Made by a program: the position numbers and the translations under genes
From: Histomonas meleagridis 2922-C6/04-290x
Taxonomy: Eukaryota; Protista; Parabasalia
Direction: 5' to 3'
Length of the DNA stretch: 64,000 nucleotides
NCBI GenBank assembly: GCA_020184695.1
Contig: JAANOX010000245.1
Location: forward strand, 313,887 to 377,886
The notes under the pieces: generated by a model
Database searches by the model: none
The model's input: only the letters and a program-made list of their open reading frames with translations
Told to the model about the DNA's origin: nothing
In this document: one piece after another, positions 22,426 through 33,872 of the stretch
Layout: each line of letters starts with the position of its first letter
Numbering within the stretch: position 1 is the stretch's first letter

Positions 22426-25400
22426 TTATAGTATTTCCATTAAATTTTGGAACATTTCGTTATATTCAATCAGAGGGAAACTTTCCTTTTCCGCTCTAAT
22501 CAGTCTGTCTGCAATGATCGCAGTGTACCTCACCATAGGCCCCAATGCTTTCGCGGTGACAATTGAGTCGTGCGGAAGCGGATACAGTTCGAGCGAATGG
22601 TTTTTCTTGTGCACTTTAACGCGGAACAAATGGTCGTTATATGGAGTAATGACAATATGCGCGTCATTAAAATGTGATGATATGGTATACTTGTCATAGC
22701 CAATGGGGTTTTCACACCAAACAATATGAACGTTGTCATTGCCAATATGTCGTTTTTTAATTAATTGTTGTGGATCATTTGGATCTGTGGGTAATAATGT
22801 AGAGACATGAAACATTAGTTCTAGACGTGGAGTCGAATAATATATTGAATGTGTTCCACACGATTTATATGATAAACCACCACTATAAAAAGTATGGGTT
22901 TTAAGATCACAGACACGTCCTAGTGATAAAAGGAAGTCATTAAAAAGAGGTGACACGTCATTTTGTGTGTTAGCTAAAATTGATTTTTCGTCAAATTGAT
23001 TATTTTTGACATAAACAACTCCAATCTTAAGACACTCATGAGGATTTTGCGTAAAAAGTGGTTTTATTTGGCGAGTAATATTAGATGTTATATGAGGAAT
23101 TTCAAAATCAGCAGATATATCAATAAAATTAGAAATAAAGCTAAAACATGGAGGACAATTTATAGTTGCTAATTGTAAATCTTTTGATAAAACAGAAGTA
23201 ATTTCTTCAAGTGCAGTGTAATTTGTAATTTCTTCTTTTTCGACACTTTTCTCGTAAACATTTAATTCCAAAATTTCCGGCAAACTTTTTGTTTGATTTA
23301 CATCATCTATTTCTATATTAAAATTTAATGTTTTGTTGTTATTACCAAAAAACATATTTAAACAAAATTCAAATTCATCACTTTGATCATCAAAATCGTC
23401 ATTGACAATTTCATCATTAACATCTGGGAATAAAGGATTTTCGTTAATATTTTTCTTTTGTTCTATTTGCGAAATATTTGACTTGAATAAGTAATTTGGC
23501 CCACGAATGTTCACAATGAAATCATTTTCATCAATAAAATCGAACGTATAAAACAATAAATTCCGAATACATAATGCTAAATCTACTTTTCTTTGATCGA
23601 AAATGAAATTTTTCTCATTATAAAATGAGAATGGAAGGTTATTAATCATTTCGATGCACATTGTTTTATATGCATTTGGTAAATCGTCCAAAATTCTTAA
23701 AATGAACTTGAAAAATCCCTTCAAATGTTTTTGGCTGTATCTAACAGTATCGAATATTGAGTAAAACACTAATTGTAATGAATATAAATCGATATTTTGT
23801 AACATCATAATCGTTGATCCTAAAAACATATCCAAAAACTTTGGGAACTTTTCGTCTAATTTTAAGTACATTTCAGCAAAAGATGGAAATATTCGAACTA
23901 AACTATGCAAAGTTTCATTATCATTTCTAATCAAAACATCTTTTAACGTTAGTTTACACCATTGTGAACATAATGTAATTTCATCCGAACAAATTTCTTC
24001 AAATAATATTGGAATGAAATAATTAAATGGTATATTCGAGTTAAATGATTTCGGATATAAGTTTTCTAAAATAGGAAATATAATTTCGCTTTGTTTCCCA
24101 TTAAATATTAACATTGTAAGATCAACTAATTCTTTATCTTTCCATTTTGTTGTTAACTCTTTTAATTCCTTTGTTAAATTAAACTCATTATATGTGCGAC
24201 AGATAGCAAATGCTGATAATATAAATGATTGAAGTTGTTTATATTTGATGTTATTTAATATTTCATTGTTTCGTGTTAATGTAGTTGCAATAAATGGTAT
24301 CATGAACATTGAGTTTGGTGAGAATTGTATAAACGCGGATATTATTGATGGAAAGAGACTTATTATAATATCGTTTGATGAATTACATAAAACTTTTAAT
24401 AATATTTCTAAGTATAATATATTAATTTCATTAGGATTCGATTGTAACCCAATTTTTTTCATCGAGAAATTAATTTCATTTAATAAATTGATATCGGAAA
24501 ATTCTGTTTTATCATTAAGCATTATGTGAAATAAATCTTCAAAAAAATTATTTCGTAAAAAATCTTCGTTTCTTAAATATGAATTTGGCATTAATTTAAT
24601 TATCGAATTAATATTATGTATAATAATATAATAAACATGTAATTCATTTGGTGCAATTGTAATTATCAATTTAAAAAACATTATAACTTCTTTGAAAGTA
24701 AATCGTTCTATATTTAAATTAAAGATTGGTATATAATGTGTTTTAGATAATTCATTAAATGTCATTTGAAAGTTTTCATTATTTATTATATAACTTTCAA
24801 ATGCTTGTGGATTATTAAATAATTCTTCTAATTGTTCAACAGAGATATTATTATCATTGTTGTTGATATTAATTCTTTTGTTCTTTTCAATCGATTTTCG
24901 ATAATTTTCGAGAAATTCATTTTTCGTTATATTTAATAAAATCGGTGAAAAGTTTATAGTTATTAAAGAGATAAACTTTAAATAGACAATGTTCATCTCT
25001 TTATTATTATACATTTTATCAATTACATATTGCCATGTCTTTAAGTTTTTTATTTTCATCTCTAAAACACATGTTAAAGAGAATATTATTCCAATTAATG
25101 GAAATAAATTGAACAAATCTTGTGTTGATAAATATATTAATTGTCTAGATATTATAGAATTAGAAAATAATTTATATAATACATTTTTAAGAAATAGTAA
25201 TTCATTGTCATTTCGTTCATTAATGGTTAAACAATGAATGGTATATTTGGATAATAAGTAAATGATTAAATAGTTATTGTTTTGCTGATTATTTTCATTA
25301 AAAGTTGTAACAATTTGTAACAAAACATTTTCTGAAGATAACGATGTTTTAAATAAATTAATGAACCAACAAATAATTTCAAAGTGTTTCGGATTGCTAA

Positions 25401-26136
25401 AATTTAGAGAAAGAAGAATTTGACAGATGGCAATAAATTCAATCAGCTGATCTTTATGAATATGATAATTATGCATGAAAAGTGGTGTCTGAACAAATAA
25501 AATGATGTCATTAACAACTTTTTCAGGTTTATCTAAGATAATTGGAATTTTAGAATAAATATATTGTTTGTCTTGTTTGATAATATTGAAACTGTAAAAG
25601 AATGTGTATATCCGAAGAACAAAAGCAATCAAAATTTCTTGGTTATTGGTATTGTTCTTGGTCATATATTGAATCAGAAATTTGACTTTTTCTTTATATT
25701 CACCTGAAAGATCGGAAGTAGAATGCATTAGAAACGCTGTCTTTAACACATCATTCCATTTTTGAATTTCAATAATAGGCATTTGAGAAAAGATTTGAAC
25801 AAACAATTTCCAAAACTTGAACACAAGTTTCTCATCAAACATTATCTGGATAGTAATATTAAAAACTTGAACAATTTCTTCTTGAAAACAGTTTTTTAAG
25901 GATTCACTGAATGTATTAAATTCAGGTGTCTTTAATAACTTAAGTATTGTATTTAATGACCTAATTACAAATGTGTCTTCGCTTCTTGTTAATTCAGTGA
26001 TTTTAGCTTCCTTTAATATGTTTTTATATAATTCCATGAATGGAAAAAAATGATCAATTGCCCTTACCGCGTTATTTTCGGATATCCATTGTTCAATATT
26101 GTTTGCATAAGAAATAATGGTATTTGATAAAGCCAT
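22426..26136 (-). CDS. Tuberin/RalGAP-alpha-like protein with C-terminal Rap-GAP domain
   Basis: 1236 aa. KIGVVYV, LMFHVSTLLP and KKRHIGNDNVHIVW (Asn-thumb motif intact). Confidence 0.8.
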   Translation of the reverse strand: MALSNTIISYANNIEQWISENNAVRAIDHFFPFMELYKNILKEAKITELTRSEDTFVIRSLNTILKLLKTPEFNTFSESLKNCFQEEIVQVFNITIQIMFDEKLVFKFWKLFVQIFSQMPIIEIQKWNDVLKTAFLMHSTSDLSGEYKEKVKFLIQYMTKNNTNNQEILIAFVLRIYTFFYSFNIIKQDKQYIYSKIPIILDKPEKVVNDIILFVQTPLFMHNYHIHKDQLIEFIAICQILLSLNFSNPKHFEIICWFINLFKTSLSSENVLLQIVTTFNENNQQNNNYLIIYLLSKYTIHCLTINERNDNELLFLKNVLYKLFSNSIISRQLIYLSTQDLFNLFPLIGIIFSLTCVLEMKIKNLKTWQYVIDKMYNNKEMNIVYLKFISLITINFSPILLNITKNEFLENYRKSIEKNKRININNNDNNISVEQLEELFNNPQAFESYIINNENFQMTFNELSKTHYIPIFNLNIERFTFKEVIMFFKLIITIAPNELHVYYIIIHNINSIIKLMPNSYLRNEDFLRNNFFEDLFHIMLNDKTEFSDINLLNEINFSMKKIGLQSNPNEINILYLEILLKVLCNSSNDIIISLFPSIISAFIQFSPNSMFMIPFIATTLTRNNEILNNIKYKQLQSFILSAFAICRTYNEFNLTKELKELTTKWKDKELVDLTMLIFNGKQSEIIFPILENLYPKSFNSNIPFNYFIPILFEEICSDEITLCSQWCKLTLKDVLIRNDNETLHSLVRIFPSFAEMYLKLDEKFPKFLDMFLGSTIMMLQNIDLYSLQLVFYSIFDTVRYSQKHLKGFFKFILRILDDLPNAYKTMCIEMINNLPFSFYNEKNFIFDQRKVDLALCIRNLLFYTFDFIDENDFIVNIRGPNYLFKSNISQIEQKKNINENPLFPDVNDEIVNDDFDDQSDEFEFCLNMFFGNNNKTLNFNIEIDDVNQTKSLPEILELNVYEKSVEKEEITNYTALEEITSVLSKDLQLATINCPPCFSFISNFIDISADFEIPHITSNITRQIKPLFTQNPHECLKIGVVYVKNNQFDEKSILANTQNDVSPLFNDFLLSLGRVCDLKTHTFYSGGLSYKSCGTHSIYYSTPRLELMFHVSTLLPTDPNDPQQLIKKRHIGNDNVHIVWCENPIGYDKYTISSHFNDAHIVITPYNDHLFRVKVHKKNHSLELYPLPHDSIVTAKALGPMVRYTAIIADRLIRAEKESFPLIEYNEMFQNLMEIL

Positions 26137-26544
26137 GATTGAACTATAGGGAATTTAAATCAGCGTTTATAAATCCGCTATTTTCAAAACATTGAATGCA
26201 ATTTGAAATGAAAACGACCATTAAAATATTCAAAAAGTTAATTTATGAACGTTTGACCTTTCTTCAAGTGAAAATTGACAAATGACCATCAACATGTTCA
26301 TCTATCGAAATCAGCTTTAAAAATTAAGATAAAGAATTTTTTAACAATACAGTTCTAGTGCGACACTTAATAAAATTAGAATTTCCAATAATTTTGCAGC
26401 TATAAAAATTTTTAAAAATTTAATTAATAATCTAATGAAGAATTCATGAAAAAACTTTTAAATATTTTTAAAAATTATAGAAAGTAAAAAGCTACACATT
26501 AGCTATCAAAATTAAAGTCTTTTTAGTTGGAACAGGCAGAAACA

Positions 26545-26561
26545 AAAAAAAATAAAAAAAA
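26545..26561 (-). terminator. Pol III oligo-T terminator
   Basis: Two T-runs immediately 3' of the tRNA-like gene on the minus strand. Confidence 0.55.
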
Positions 26562-26658
26562 CATTGGTGCAAGGAATCGAACCTCGATCTCGCAATTAAA
26601 ACTTTCAAACTTTGAATGTTTTTAGACATGCGTATTCTTCCCATTAAACTACACCAAT
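26562..26658 (-). tRNA. tRNA-like gene with 25-nt hairpin insert in the anticodon loop; anticodon ambiguous (CTA if the intron is at 37/38)
   Basis: Acceptor ATTGGTG/CACCAAT, D-arm GTTT/GAAT, anticodon stem CGCA/TGCG, T-arm CGAGG-TTCGATT-CCTTG. A and B boxes present; T-run terminator follows. Confidence 0.75.
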
Positions 26659-26919
26659 TCCTATTAAAAATGCAAAATATATAATTATAGTAATCAGCTG
26701 ATATTTTGTAAAATAGATTCATAAACCGTGGTTTGATTCATCTGTTATTTTTTTTATAATACTAATACTATTTTATCTTTATTTAGCTTTAAAATCTTTG
26801 TTTGTGTTCCTTTTATTTTAAAGTAAAAATCCAATTTGTTACATTGTTTAACAGAATCAAGATTTTCAACTTTTTAAATATAATTTGACTGTTTGTGTGA
26901 TGTGAAAGGAGAAAACTTA

Positions 26920-27300
26920 AGCATCATCTTCCTGTCAATAAATATGGAATTTCTATATCTAATAAATCTGAACATGAATAAAATGCACAAATTCCAATTG
27001 TTGTAACGATATTTGGAATAATAATACTTCGTAAATCTGAACATTATTAAAATGCATAATTTTTAATTACTTTCAAATTTCCCTTAAATTAGAACTGTTT
27101 CTAAACGAGTACATGAACTAAATGCACATTGTTTTAATACTATTTCCAATAGTTACAGTAAATAAATATATTTTCTTCAAGTAACAGAATTACCAATCAC
27201 TATGGAAAGAGTTAGCCTTCTCAATACCTACCATAATTACAGCATAAAGAGTTCCACCTTTAGATACGATCTTTCCTGAATATTCTTTTTTATTAAGTAT
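26920..27300 (-). pseudogene. Degenerate BspA-type (TpLRR) leucine-rich repeat fragment
   Basis: Minus-strand frames give VIKNYAF**CSDLRSIIIPNIVTTIGICAFYSCSDLLDIEIP and CAFSSCTRLETV, with stops and frameshifts. Confidence 0.65.
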
Positions 27301-27401
27301 TTTTAGTGTTTGAGTTGTAGAATCAAATGTTTCTATTGATTGCATAAAAAAAAATAATTAAAATTTATACATCAATTATTAATTTATTAATAAACAGTTT
27401 T

Positions 27402-30400
27402 TTACCACCACGGTAGCCAGCACCCGTCCATTTTCGCCTGGTTTTCGATTGCCTTTGCTTTCTTTATCAAATTTTCGATTTCATCATTTATGTCAATTTC
27501 GTCATCTCCATTAATTCTTTGATACAAACAGTCCACCTCTTCATTTCCCGAATCGTATTCAGTATATTTACTTAAATATTTAGTTGGCACCACTTTATTT
27601 TCGAATGGTGGCTTACACAAAAAGAATTGTAAAATTGGCGCCAAAACATTTGAAAATTTTCTTAAGTCGCGTAAAGCGTTCAAAAAGGCGTGTTTGAAAG
27701 GACCGTTTACGCCGCTAATTCCGAATGTATACTTTATCATTTTTGTCAGTCTAAACGGCACGGGGTGCTCCTTTCCGGAGACGTTAAATTTTGTATAAGT
27801 TGTTGAACCGCTAATTTTATCAAAAAGTATTGCAGAAGGAGAAGTATCCACCAAACCGAACAAATAAGAAGTAAAGCTTAAGAAACCCATTGATTTTCCG
27901 AACATTGAGCTTCTATTAATCCATGACATTGAGTTATTTGATGAAACCAAAATTGCGTATGATAAGTCATATAAATTAATTTCATTTTGATATTTTTTAA
28001 TTTTTTTAATTCTTTTTTCTATATTTTTACAATTATTAAATTCATTAATCATTAATATTAATTTTGGTTCTACTATATTATTTTTAGATTTATTATACAT
28101 TGATACTAATTCATATAATTGGATGTGACCTTTTAGCAATTCAATTAAAGTGGTTTTCTCCGATAATTCAATGACCGATCGCTGTTTCAATTTGTATAAG
28201 GGTGAAATTCCATTGACTAAATTCATTAATTCTTCGCTTTGTTTTGTTAACATGTTTTTATAATTCGTATGTAACAAATGATAATTAAATTTCTTCCCAT
28301 TTGATCCAATTATTGATATTCGGAATCCATTATCTAATCTTTGAATCGAATGAAAGAAACGTGAAATTTTTATATCATTTTCGAACCCTTTATTTCCTAA
28401 TAATGATAACACCCAATTCGTTTTACGTTCGATGGCTTCATCGAATGAAGTTAAAGGTATTACACGTATTGAGTCTTGTTTTTTAATTATTAAATTTAAT
28501 AATGATATAACTTCATCTTTATTATAATCTTCCGAATTTATAATATTTTCGATATCTTTTTGGAACATATTTAAGAATTCGATATCATATTTACATATAT
28601 TTAATTGTTTTAAAATATATTTCTTCGATTTTATTAATTCTTTTGCAGATTTAATATCATTTTTATTATAATATTCAAGACTTTCATTTAAAATATTTAT
28701 CCATTGTTCATAATAATTATTTGATATCATTGTTAATTTAGAAGATATTAAATTCATTTGTGAAAACATTATCGGATTATCACGTTGAATGATCGAAATC
28801 ATTGAGTTAATGTTTGGTAATTTAGGATTATTAATTAAATCATATGCTATAGATTGTGGATAATCAGTACATAAACAACCAATGATATAATGTACTAAAT
28901 TAGTTATTAATTTAGATGAATGTGAAAACATCATTATCGATATATAAGAAATTGGTATAAATGATTTCGTTGGTAATTTTTTAAATGTTTTAATTATATG
29001 TTCAATAGTTTTATTATGTTGATAAAAGTTTATTGATAATGATAACAATTGATATATTACTAATGAATTTAATTTCTTTTTAATTAATTTACTGATGTTC
29101 TTGGATGATAAATATGAATATTCTTCTAAATTTGTGATATGTGATAATATAGTTAAACAATTTATGATTTTCTCTAAGTTTTTATTCGCTGTTTGGAAAT
29201 ATTTTAATGATTGGATTAAATCATCAACATTTTTAGATGTATTAAATAATTCTTTTCCAATAAAATTATTAATTCGTATCTTTAAAATTTGATCATCATT
29301 TTCATCTTCATTAATTTGACTTAATAATTCTAATGCTGAATTTAATGAATTTTCTGTTTTTGTATTTAATCGAATTTTTGCATATTTATATTTATTTGAG
29401 TTTTGATCATTAAAAAATATATTTATTAAATAAGATGTCATTGAATAATTTGATTTAATTGATGATGAAAGTATTTTATATGAATATTCATCAATTTCTT
29501 TAATGTTTGGAACTAATTTCCGTATTTTTAATAACTCTTTTTGTGCATATGGATTATTATTTAAGAATTGTAATCTTTTATTCCATGCGTTTTTATATTT
29601 ATCATATAAATTTGGATCATTAATTATTTTTATTACATTTGTTAATTCATGAAGTTGTTCAGCTTTAAATAATCTTTTTTTTAATTCCGTTTTATTATTC
29701 TTTTCGATAGATATAATTGAAGAACCTAAATATCTCCATCCTAAATGTATTGATTTTTTAGCTTCTTCTAATTGATTAAATTTTATATATAAAATTGATT
29801 TTTGTATACAATCATCAATCGAATAATCAGATGTTAAATTTGTATAACTAATTGCTTCTTCTTTATTCCCTAAATAAGCTTCTGATATCCAAAAATATTT
29901 AGCTAGAAAACTTTGATCGACCAAATTTTGTTGATATAATTCAGTTTTATATTTATGAATTTCATTCCATTGATCTAATGTAGCTAAACATATAATTTTA
30001 TCTTTAAAATATTTGTTATTATTCTCTAATGTATTTATTTGTTTTAATGCTAAATTAAATTCCCCTAATTCCATCCATACTTTATAATTAATTTGTTCTT
30101 TATATTTAAATGCTATAGAATATGATTCTGAATTACGTCCTACAATTTGATTTAATTTAATAAGATTTTCAATTTCATTGATATTAATTTGATGATTTTT
30201 CTTATTAAATGATAAATAAGTTTCTAAGAAAAATAATGCTTTCGAATAATGTTTCTCTTGAATACAACGTTCAACAATTAAATTATTATTAAAGTTTAAA
30301 TTAAATTCACATAATATAGAGAACTCTAATAAATCAATAAATTGATTTAATATAATTCGTGATACATTTTTACATTTAAAAACTTCATTAATTATTTCAC

Positions 30401-33400
30401 TAACTTGATCTTTTTGATCATTATTTAATATGAAATAAAATTGAATAAACGCAAATTGAAACGTAAACTTTGGTAATTGTGGTAATTCAATTAATGTACG
30501 AATTATTTCTGATTTGGAATATATTAATAATATATTACGTAATTCTCTAAACCAATGATTAATTTCATTTGAAGATTTATCTTTAATATCTTTAAATTGA
30601 ATAAAACTATTTAGAAATGTATTAATTTCATAAGTCGCTTGTTGATTTTGTTGTGAATTTATATTTTGTGTATTATTATTTTTTTGGATTTCATTTTTGT
30701 TTTCATTATTTTGATTATTATTATTTTCTAACATTATTAATAATTGCTTTGCTCGATCTTTCCAACGCATTTGTGAACGAGCAGCCAAAGAATTAATACA
30801 ACGTTTAATAGTTGAAATATATATTGATGATTTACAATATTTAATAATGAATTCTAATGTATCTAATGAATATTCTTGAATATAACTTGGATTTGTTGGT
30901 TGTAAGAAGTCCATCATTCCAGTAATAATAGTTGGTAAATATGATGGACAATATTTTGATATTTCATTTAATAATTGAAATATTTCATTTGAATAACTTA
31001 AATTCATTTGATTATTATTATTATTATTATATGAAGTCTTACTTTCTCTTAATATGAAAAATGATTCAGTTACGATTAAATGTAATATAGTTTCACATTT
31101 TCCATGTGTTGCAATAACTATAGACTTTAATACTTGTGATACTTTTTGCGTATATTTCTTTTCTTTAGATATCCAATGATCATAAACCGAATCAAAGATT
31201 CGTTTGGAATATGGTAATATTAAATGTCCTGAAACAGTAATAATTTCAGTCAAATTATCAAAGAATTGATCCAAGTTTTCATTCGACGATTTTTCAATGA
31301 ATTCTAAAAAGATATTTAAAAATGATTCAATATATTGTGGTATTAATATTGGCTCTAATTTATATATCTTTGTAATAATTCTAGAAATCGATTTTCGTGT
31401 TGAATCAATTCCAATCATTTGGAATTGTTTATTTAAATAATCTAAATATATGTTCATGAAATAATGTTTAAATTGTGTCGGATTCTTTAATGATGACTTA
31501 AATACCATTGGTAATGAAGTTAAATTATATGGTACATCAATAAAACCTATCGCACCTATAACTTTTAATGTTTTCGTAACTAATTTCATCGAGTTATGTT
31601 CATATAATAAATTTAATAAAACCGGTATTAATTGTGGAGTCGTATCAAGTAAATAATCTTTCGTTCCTAAGTTTTTTAATGATTTTAAGACATATATCTT
31701 AGTCCATGGATGAACTGGTTGTTTTAATATATCACAAAATAATGAGATAATTGGTTTGATCGGAATTATGTCTGGACAAATTTGATGAAGCTTACTTAAG
31801 GATTTGATTAATGCTTCATCAATGTTCTGGAAAATGGCCGAGTTCATATATATTAATGATTCACCTTGAATCTTATTGTTCTTAAATCGTTGGTTTAAAA
31901 TGGCCATAAATTGCTTATAAATGGCTTCCGCATAGATATATATCCATGATTCAGCGGCTACTAATAACGATGGAAATACTATCCATATTGGCATAGTTTC
32001 TGGTAAGATGATATTAAAGTTAAAATTCATTTGCTTGAGCGAAGAAAGTATTAAACTTCGTAAGATGGTACCAGTGACAACTTTTAATGATCGAAATATG
32101 TATAATGCACGTTTTCGAATATCGGTGGATTCGTCATAGATAAAATGACAAAACAATGGAAAGACATCAGGTTGGGCTATATATTTGTATGTATTAGGTG
32201 TAAATGCAGATAATGATTTTAATCGAACTGACCGAATTGGATCATTTAACGCAAATTGTACAAGCTTTGAGATGGTGCCTAATGGCATTTTATTAGGAAA
32301 TGATTCAAATAAATGGATTGATGCAGATGCAATAATTTCTCGAACTTGTGTATCTTTATTAGTTGAAAGCTTTAAGATCAATGCGTTAAGTTCAATTGCG
32401 TCGTTAAATGAAGTGATTGGAATGTTTAATAAAGCTTCAAGTGATATCAGAATTTTTTCAGTTTTAGTAGATGGCGATGTTAATTCTTGTCTAATTAAAT
32501 GGATCATTTGTGTCTTGAAAAAGATAAAGCTAGTCGTCCATTTTGGTCGAGCTTTATTTAATGTTATTAATAAGTTTTGGATTGGGATGGGTACAACCGA
32601 CGACGATAGAATGTATGGGATAATTGACAGGAACTGTGAAATATTTGACTGTATTGGTAATGATTCAATTGATGATATTGTAATGTTAAATGCTATCATT
32701 GGACCAATGTCTGCTGGCAATTTCTTACAAAATATATTAATTTGTTCTGTGATAGCTAATGATTTGGTTCCAATATATTTCGGAAATGCTAAAATTAATT
32801 TTGAAAATAATTTCACAGTTTGTTTGGGCATTGTTAACATAAAAGAACAACATATTTTAAATAAAGTTTCAAATAATTCTAGTTTGACATCAACGGCATT
32901 AATTTTTTGAAGTTTTATAATAATTCCTATTGATGATGTAACAATGTAATAATTTCGAGATTTCAAAAATTCAACACATTTTGGCAACAAGAGAAATTCT
33001 GCAGATTTCTTTTGAACATATGGTTTGATTTTTAATAAAAAGTTTAACAGTTGAAAATTGATAATGAGATTATCAGTATTTGTAATTTCGGTGAAGTTTT
33101 TTGTTGTGGCTAAAAGTAATATTTCGCGTAGTTCTGCAAGAAATTGAGATCCAATACCTGATTTCTCTGTTTGGGAATTAAATAAATTTCGTAATAATTT
33201 GATGAGAATTGGACAAACTATACGATCTCCTGTTTGAAGGTTTTCCGTGATAAGTGTTGTAAACTTTGTCCCGAGTGGAAAGAATAGATCTGGTGATTCA
33301 ATAGAAAGTTGTTTTAATATATAACCGGCTGTGTAACGGTAGTCTGGTGGCTGAGAAACAGCTAATAAGCTCATTTGTTTTTCTACAATTTGTATTAAAA

Positions 33401-33800
33401 AGGCATCTCGCTCAGGTCCTGAAATTCTTGCTAAACGTGCTAAAACTTTGGCTCCTATTTTAACTATTGGCTTATAACCAGGAACAAGCAGTTTTTCTAC
33501 AACGGGTCTATATTGTAAAATATAATCATCAAATGGAAATAAATGAATTAAACTCGTAACACAAACGGCAGCATTAAAGCGTCGTCTTTTTTCTCCTGAC
33601 TTTGCTTCTATTTCTATTAATTTAAGCATTCCACTCAGAAAAGTAGGAACATATTGTAATGAAGAAAATCTAAAGAAATCAATGATTTGATTTTGTGTAT
33701 CATGAACGTAATCAAAAAAATCCGAGAATATTATAGACTCATTCGTTGGTGTTGCATATTGAATGAGTTTTCCTATGTATTCTTGCATCCAATCATCCAT
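27402..33800 (-). CDS. TOR-like PIKK-family protein (HEAT-FAT-kinase-like-FATC), catalytic motifs degenerate
   Basis: 2132 aa with HEAT repeats, a VPFRLT motif and C-terminal WLPWW. DRHxxN reads DTSPSA, and DFG is absent. Confidence 0.75.
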   Translation of the reverse strand: MDDWMQEYIGKLIQYATPTNESIIFSDFFDYVHDTQNQIIDFFRFSSLQYVPTFLSGMLKLIEIEAKSGEKRRRFNAAVCVTSLIHLFPFDDYILQYRPVVEKLLVPGYKPIVKIGAKVLARLARISGPERDAFLIQIVEKQMSLLAVSQPPDYRYTAGYILKQLSIESPDLFFPLGTKFTTLITENLQTGDRIVCPILIKLLRNLFNSQTEKSGIGSQFLAELREILLLATTKNFTEITNTDNLIINFQLLNFLLKIKPYVQKKSAEFLLLPKCVEFLKSRNYYIVTSSIGIIIKLQKINAVDVKLELFETLFKICCSFMLTMPKQTVKLFSKLILAFPKYIGTKSLAITEQINIFCKKLPADIGPMIAFNITISSIESLPIQSNISQFLSIIPYILSSSVVPIPIQNLLITLNKARPKWTTSFIFFKTQMIHLIRQELTSPSTKTEKILISLEALLNIPITSFNDAIELNALILKLSTNKDTQVREIIASASIHLFESFPNKMPLGTISKLVQFALNDPIRSVRLKSLSAFTPNTYKYIAQPDVFPLFCHFIYDESTDIRKRALYIFRSLKVVTGTILRSLILSSLKQMNFNFNIILPETMPIWIVFPSLLVAAESWIYIYAEAIYKQFMAILNQRFKNNKIQGESLIYMNSAIFQNIDEALIKSLSKLHQICPDIIPIKPIISLFCDILKQPVHPWTKIYVLKSLKNLGTKDYLLDTTPQLIPVLLNLLYEHNSMKLVTKTLKVIGAIGFIDVPYNLTSLPMVFKSSLKNPTQFKHYFMNIYLDYLNKQFQMIGIDSTRKSISRIITKIYKLEPILIPQYIESFLNIFLEFIEKSSNENLDQFFDNLTEIITVSGHLILPYSKRIFDSVYDHWISKEKKYTQKVSQVLKSIVIATHGKCETILHLIVTESFFILRESKTSYNNNNNNQMNLSYSNEIFQLLNEISKYCPSYLPTIITGMMDFLQPTNPSYIQEYSLDTLEFIIKYCKSSIYISTIKRCINSLAARSQMRWKDRAKQLLIMLENNNNQNNENKNEIQKNNNTQNINSQQNQQATYEINTFLNSFIQFKDIKDKSSNEINHWFRELRNILLIYSKSEIIRTLIELPQLPKFTFQFAFIQFYFILNNDQKDQVSEIINEVFKCKNVSRIILNQFIDLLEFSILCEFNLNFNNNLIVERCIQEKHYSKALFFLETYLSFNKKNHQININEIENLIKLNQIVGRNSESYSIAFKYKEQINYKVWMELGEFNLALKQINTLENNNKYFKDKIICLATLDQWNEIHKYKTELYQQNLVDQSFLAKYFWISEAYLGNKEEAISYTNLTSDYSIDDCIQKSILYIKFNQLEEAKKSIHLGWRYLGSSIISIEKNNKTELKKRLFKAEQLHELTNVIKIINDPNLYDKYKNAWNKRLQFLNNNPYAQKELLKIRKLVPNIKEIDEYSYKILSSSIKSNYSMTSYLINIFFNDQNSNKYKYAKIRLNTKTENSLNSALELLSQINEDENDDQILKIRINNFIGKELFNTSKNVDDLIQSLKYFQTANKNLEKIINCLTILSHITNLEEYSYLSSKNISKLIKKKLNSLVIYQLLSLSINFYQHNKTIEHIIKTFKKLPTKSFIPISYISIMMFSHSSKLITNLVHYIIGCLCTDYPQSIAYDLINNPKLPNINSMISIIQRDNPIMFSQMNLISSKLTMISNNYYEQWINILNESLEYYNKNDIKSAKELIKSKKYILKQLNICKYDIEFLNMFQKDIENIINSEDYNKDEVISLLNLIIKKQDSIRVIPLTSFDEAIERKTNWVLSLLGNKGFENDIKISRFFHSIQRLDNGFRISIIGSNGKKFNYHLLHTNYKNMLTKQSEELMNLVNGISPLYKLKQRSVIELSEKTTLIELLKGHIQLYELVSMYNKSKNNIVEPKLILMINEFNNCKNIEKRIKKIKKYQNEINLYDLSYAILVSSNNSMSWINRSSMFGKSMGFLSFTSYLFGLVDTSPSAILFDKISGSTTYTKFNVSGKEHPVPFRLTKMIKYTFGISGVNGPFKHAFLNALRDLRKFSNVLAPILQFFLCKPPFENKVVPTKYLSKYTEYDSGNEEVDCLYQRINGDDEIDINDEIENLIKKAKAIENQAKMDGCWLPWW

Positions 33801-33872
33801 TTCGAGTTACAGTTTTCAATCAAGAACGATCACAACCGCATTCTTGAATTTAAAAGGTTTACTGTAAATTGA

